NCBI GenBank assembly: GCA_965222615.1
Contig: CBDCUI010000008.1
Coordinates: 192,001 to 256,000 of the forward strand
Length of the DNA: 64,000 nt
Source: Gammaproteobacteria bacterium
GTDB lineage: Bacteria > Pseudomonadota > Gammaproteobacteria > UBA4575
Reading direction: 5' to 3'
Shown here: piece by piece, positions 59,959 to 64,000 of the stretch
Numbering within the stretch: position 1 is the stretch's first letter
Layout of the letters: each line of letters starts with the position of its first letter
Position numbers and translations under genes: made by a program
The notes under the pieces: generated by a model
The model's database searches: none
What the model saw: only the letters and a program-made list of their open reading frames with translations
What the model was told of the DNA's origin: nothing

Positions 59959-60942
59959 TTACCAGCTAAACGCTTTTTCGAATGCTTGAGAAAGTCGAAA
60001 CACAGCAGTTTTACTTTTATTATCATTTAAGGATGATGTAGGGCCACTAGGAGTATTGTTTACATCTACGATGTATATCTTACCGTCATGGCGATCTCTA
60101 AGTACATCTATCTCACAATAGTCGAGACCTAGCCTTTTACAAAATCTATTCAATTTTGTTAGTTCTTCCTTAGATAAAACTTCAGCCACTTCTGCAATAT
60201 TGGCTTTTGTGTTTGTATGTTTTCTATCAACAAAACGGCTTTCTATAGGCCTGTATTTCAGATATACAAAAGGGATGATGCCTCCAAATACAGGAACCCT
60301 AATATCCTCGACAGAATCTTCAGAAACTTCATTATAGATAAGTCTTTGATATGTAACATTTGGCTCTCGTTCTTTGATAGGACATTGTATTACTCTGCCT
60401 TCATGAAGCGCATTCCAGTTTGATTTTGCAACACACTGGCCATTAAATTTTGTTGGATCAACAGATATTTGATATTCAAAAACTTCGTAAAAAACCTTAT
60501 TAATGTAATTCTTACTAATATCTTCACAACTCAGATTCAGGAATTTCGAATTTGATGAATGTACGGCAACATTTTTTAGAATGTTTTCCTTTGTTGGTAA
60601 AAATGGATTGCCGTCATACGCATTAAACCATTTCATAGCAATGTCCCAGTTAGCACTTGGATTCGTTGTAATACGAAATCCCAAAAACATTAGTACTTTA
60701 TAGAGAGCATGGAGTGGTAAAGGTTTATCTGGATAGAATAATATTGTTTTGCGCTTAACATATGCATCATATAAACTTTTTGCTAGAAGGTTTAATTTTT
60801 CTAAAGACCGATGTGTGTTCTCTACATGCTTTCTTTGGTTGTATATATGAATAAATGCTGGGTAATTTTCATTAATTTTCTTGTTTAAAACCCTTATGGT
60901 CCATCTAATTTTTTTCTTGATTTTGACTATCATCACGCACAT
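59959..60942 (-). CDS. ATP-grasp-like protein
   Basis: KSNWNALH, YQRLI, EIDVLRD..DGKIYIVDVNNTP. Confidence 0.65.
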   Translation of the reverse strand: MCVMIVKIKKKIRWTIRVLNKKINENYPAFIHIYNQRKHVENTHRSLEKLNLLAKSLYDAYVKRKTILFYPDKPLPLHALYKVLMFLGFRITTNPSANWDIAMKWFNAYDGNPFLPTKENILKNVAVHSSNSKFLNLSCEDISKNYINKVFYEVFEYQISVDPTKFNGQCVAKSNWNALHEGRVIQCPIKEREPNVTYQRLIYNEVSEDSVEDIRVPVFGGIIPFVYLKYRPIESRFVDRKHTNTKANIAEVAEVLSKEELTKLNRFCKRLGLDYCEIDVLRDRHDGKIYIVDVNNTPSGPTSSLNDNKSKTAVFRLSQAFEKAFSW

Positions 60943-61250
60943 TTACTCACATTAGATAAAATACAATGTACTAAATATTCAAAATGCCTGATAGGGGATT
61001 CAATTTATTTAGTCCATGAATGAGGACTATGTATCATAATTTTATTAAGCTGATTCTAGACATATTCTAGTCATAAAATTAAAAGGCCTAGTAATTGCGT
61101 AAATGCCTGTATTTAAAATTAATATGGCGCAGCTTTATTCAGTAATTGTGTGATTGGTATCAAAGAATAATGTGCGCCAGTTCAAAAAAGTGACCTAATT
61201 TGCATTTTTTGCTGATGGAAAACACTAAAATACCCTACTTTAAATAACCA

Positions 61251-62456
61251 TTGGAAAAGATGAGGGATGCAATGAATTCTATATGGAGTTGGATAGAGTC
61301 ACGTAATGGAATTACGTCATTAAAATGCTCTTTTATATGCATGACACTAGTCATTGCACTCGTTGGCTGCTCTGGCGGCGGCGGTAGTGGTGGCGGTGCA
61401 GTGGGTGGAAATACCGCACCATCAATCACCGCGGGTTGCTCAAGCACAAACCAGTCAGATCAGTTGATGGGGACGTTGGTTGCTTCGGATGCTGATCCGA
61501 TATCTTTTAGTCTGGACGTGAATGCTCCTATGGTCGCAGGGCCAGTGGCTACTGCAAATGGAGGAATGGTTGAATTGACCGATGTTACGACAGGTGCGTT
61601 TACCTATACACCTCCAGCACAAGGCGTTGGTCCTCGTGGAAGGGATTCATTCCAGTTTCGTGTAGATGACCCAACCTCATTTAGTATTGCAACTGAAATG
61701 GTTATTGTTAATCCTAAAATTATGCCTTTAGGAGATTCTATTACTCTGGGTACTGGTGGCGGTGCTGTACCTCCAGCAGGTGAAGAAGTCGCCTATCGTT
61801 TGCAGTTACTCAATCGATTGGTAGATGCAGGCCAAGCTGGTGGTGCGTACTCGTTTGAGTATGTGGGTGAGGAGTCTTCAGGGGCAAACTTATTACCTGC
61901 AGGCCAGACATCGCATGCCGGTTATGGTGGATGTCGAGATCAGGATATTGCTGGCTTAGATAATTGCTTTGGTTTAGCACCAAATTTGACTGGTATCTAT
62001 GATGAACTGGAACAAAATCCTGCCGACATTGTATTGTTACATATCGGTACCAATCCCCCAGTCGTAGATCCTGACCCAACTGACTTAGAGACAATTCTGA
62101 ATGAAATAGGACGCTGGGAAGATAGTGCAAATGGTAATCCGGTGTCCATTGTAGTTATGCAAATTATTCCTAAAATGTCTGCTGATCCACAAGTGCAAGT
62201 TTATAACACAAATGTGATCGCTCGAATTACAGATAGGTTGATGAATAATCCTGTAGGCCTACCTGATCAGATTGTCTATGGAGGCAATGAAGCCAATGTA
62301 GATATGTATACTGCGTTTGGTGGAGCCACACCGAATGCGGCCTTGTATCAAGATGGGTTACATCCAAATACTGCTGGCTTTACTATCATGGGCGATATGC
62401 TATATAGCGTTTTAACAGGAACGAATCGTCCAGCGATTCTGCAACAGTGTCCATAA
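61251..62456 (+). CDS. Lipoprotein with Ig-like domain and SGNH hydrolase
   Basis: Lipobox LVGC, Gly linker, FTYTP...DSFQF, GDSIT, HIGTN, DGLHP; start uncertain. Confidence 0.82.
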   Translation: MEKMRDAMNSIWSWIESRNGITSLKCSFICMTLVIALVGCSGGGGSGGGAVGGNTAPSITAGCSSTNQSDQLMGTLVASDADPISFSLDVNAPMVAGPVATANGGMVELTDVTTGAFTYTPPAQGVGPRGRDSFQFRVDDPTSFSIATEMVIVNPKIMPLGDSITLGTGGGAVPPAGEEVAYRLQLLNRLVDAGQAGGAYSFEYVGEESSGANLLPAGQTSHAGYGGCRDQDIAGLDNCFGLAPNLTGIYDELEQNPADIVLLHIGTNPPVVDPDPTDLETILNEIGRWEDSANGNPVSIVVMQIIPKMSADPQVQVYNTNVIARITDRLMNNPVGLPDQIVYGGNEANVDMYTAFGGATPNAALYQDGLHPNTAGFTIMGDMLYSVLTGTNRPAILQQCP

Positions 62457-62490
62457 ATTAATTAAGTTAAATATTTAAATTAAAAATAAT

Positions 62491-62545
62491 GTTAGTAGGG
62501 TTTGATTCTGTAGTTAAATTAACTTTAAATATGAACCCTACTAAC
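62491..62545. repeat. 12-bp inverted repeat (terminator or degenerate GTAG-type REP pair)
   Basis: gttagtagggtt ... aaccctactaac. Confidence 0.5.
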
Positions 62546-62838
62546 TGCATTCCTATAATAATTAATAACATCTCCAATAACTCTAAAGTAAAAGTGTTGT
62601 AAAAAATAGTTAATCGTTCTAACTATTAAAAATATAAATCACTCCTACTTTATAATATAACTTACTATTTTACTTAAGAATTAATAGCATGCCCCTTTCA
62701 TCCAAATAGTTTTGAGCATATAAAAATTTATTGTTTGGATGTAAAATTAATTTCACAATTGATCGCGAATTTCTTAACTGTATGTGAGAAAATAACGTAT
62801 TGGTTTCCAGGACAGTAATTTTATTAGCATAAAAATAA

Positions 62839-64000
62839 ATGGTCATATTTAAAGCCATATCTGCCGTTTTTTATAAAAAACTCCTTTTCGTTTTAATTTT
62901 ATTTTTTACAACTTCGACTTTGTATGCAGCAGTCATACCCCAGTCGGGTTGGAGTCTTTTATATGTAGATAGTGAGCAGTTACCGGAATTTCCGGCCACC
63001 AATGCCTTTGATGGGGATCCTAGTACGAAATGGCACACCGCGATGGGTAGTTCGAATCCGGGGCATCCGCATGAGATCCAAATCGATTTAGGCGCCATTT
63101 ACGACATTGATGGTTTTCGTTATTTGCCACGTCAATGGCCTGAGAGCAAAGATGGAACGATATATAGATATAGCTTTTATGTGAGTGGGGATGGAGTAAA
63201 TTGGCTCAAAGTACTAGATGGTTCCTTTAAACCAAAAAATCGTACTGAGAAAGAAGTATTATTTTCGACGCAGACAGCACGCTATATAAGGCTAGTGGCT
63301 AAAAAAGAGATTCAGGGAAATCCTTGGACCTCTATGGCTGAATTGAATGTTTTAGGAACTATAGTATCTGGTAATCAGGCACCCAATGGGGTCATAGATA
63401 GCCCCACAGGCAATGTCAGTATCAATGCTGGGGAAACTGTAAACTTTGCTGGTACAGGATCGGATCCAGATGGGGATCCTTCTCTCATTTATTTATGGGA
63501 TTTTGATGGTGGCGCCCCCAACTCGACTGCAGAAGACCCTGGATCTATACAATTTAATAATCCAGGTACTTATAACGTCACATTCACGGTAACCGATTCT
63601 TCAAATGTATCAGATCCCACTCCAGGTCAAAGAACGATTACCGTTACTAACAATGGTGGTTGTGGCAGCCTATTTGTAGAAATCACCAAGCCGCTTACAA
63701 AAGCAATACAAGCGCCACCAAATTTTACGGTTACTACTAATGCATGTTTAGACAGTCAAAATCATAGTGGTGTCAAGTTCAAACTCGATGGTGGAAATTC
63801 GCAGGGAGGTGCAGAAATTACTGATCTCTCATCACCTTATGCGGCTGTATTTTCAAATGTACCCATGACTGATGGTCATACTATTGAAGCTGTAATCATA
63901 GACAATAATGGCAATGAAGTTTCTGGACAGAATACTAGCGATACCGTTACCCAAATTGGTTCTGGAGATTATTATGTTGCCATCGGAGATAGCATAACCT
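62839..64000 (+). CDS. Secreted multidomain protein: discoidin/CBM32, PKD, Ig-like, start of SGNH (runs off the window)
   Basis: Not in the ORF track. From ATG 62839: signal peptide, NAFDGDPSTKWHT...IQIDLG...FRYLPRQ, YLWDFDGG...PGTYNVTFTVTD; ends in frame YYVAIGDSIT. Confidence 0.85.
   Translation, partial: MVIFKAISAVFYKKLLFVLILFFTTSTLYAAVIPQSGWSLLYVDSEQLPEFPATNAFDGDPSTKWHTAMGSSNPGHPHEIQIDLGAIYDIDGFRYLPRQWPESKDGTIYRYSFYVSGDGVNWLKVLDGSFKPKNRTEKEVLFSTQTARYIRLVAKKEIQGNPWTSMAELNVLGTIVSGNQAPNGVIDSPTGNVSINAGETVNFAGTGSDPDGDPSLIYLWDFDGGAPNSTAEDPGSIQFNNPGTYNVTFTVTDSSNVSDPTPGQRTITVTNNGGCGSLFVEITKPLTKAIQAPPNFTVTTNACLDSQNHSGVKFKLDGGNSQGGAEITDLSSPYAAVFSNVPMTDGHTIEAVIIDNNGNEVSGQNTSDTVTQIGSGDYYVAIGDSIT

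Noticed and set aside
61372-61410. ggcggc/ggtggc repeats including ggcggtag (ops-like)
   Set aside because: They encode the Gly/Ser linker of the lipoprotein
1-64000. rRNA, tRNA, transposase, integrase or prophage genes; the many short antisense ORFs in the track
   Set aside because: None recognised; the short ORFs are shadows of well-supported genes

Overview
Gammaproteobacterial sulfur-oxidiser chromosome in two halves. 1-38 kb: the reverse dissimilatory sulfite reductase operon dsrABEFHCMKLJOPN (minus strand, dsrN cut by the window edge). A divergent accessory cluster carries a TauD-like oxygenase, an orphan Cas6 with no CRISPR array in the window, two extra DsrC-family proteins, a second DsrL with an NADP(H)-type YRR motif, Sfum_1244- and Alvin_2107-like proteins, a TrpD-like protein, a Sel1 protein, a MoxR/VWA pair, dsrS and cysG. 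Then come a peroxiredoxin, cobalamin riboswitch-btuB-pduO and a ROK kinase. 38-64 kb: an AT-richer surface-polysaccharide locus (Wza/Wzc-type export, CDP-sugar enzymes, Wzm/Wzt, tailoring enzymes, secreted SGNH proteins). The strongest unexplained signal is 13 copies or remnants of an ERIC/RPE-like palindromic element (about 120-170 bp when complete). They have a covarying hairpin core, occur only in the first half, and most lie at gene 3' ends. All 10 core-bearing copies have the same orientation relative to transcription, and one sits inside the B12 riboswitch. Family assignments come from motif recognition by eye; no database search was run.
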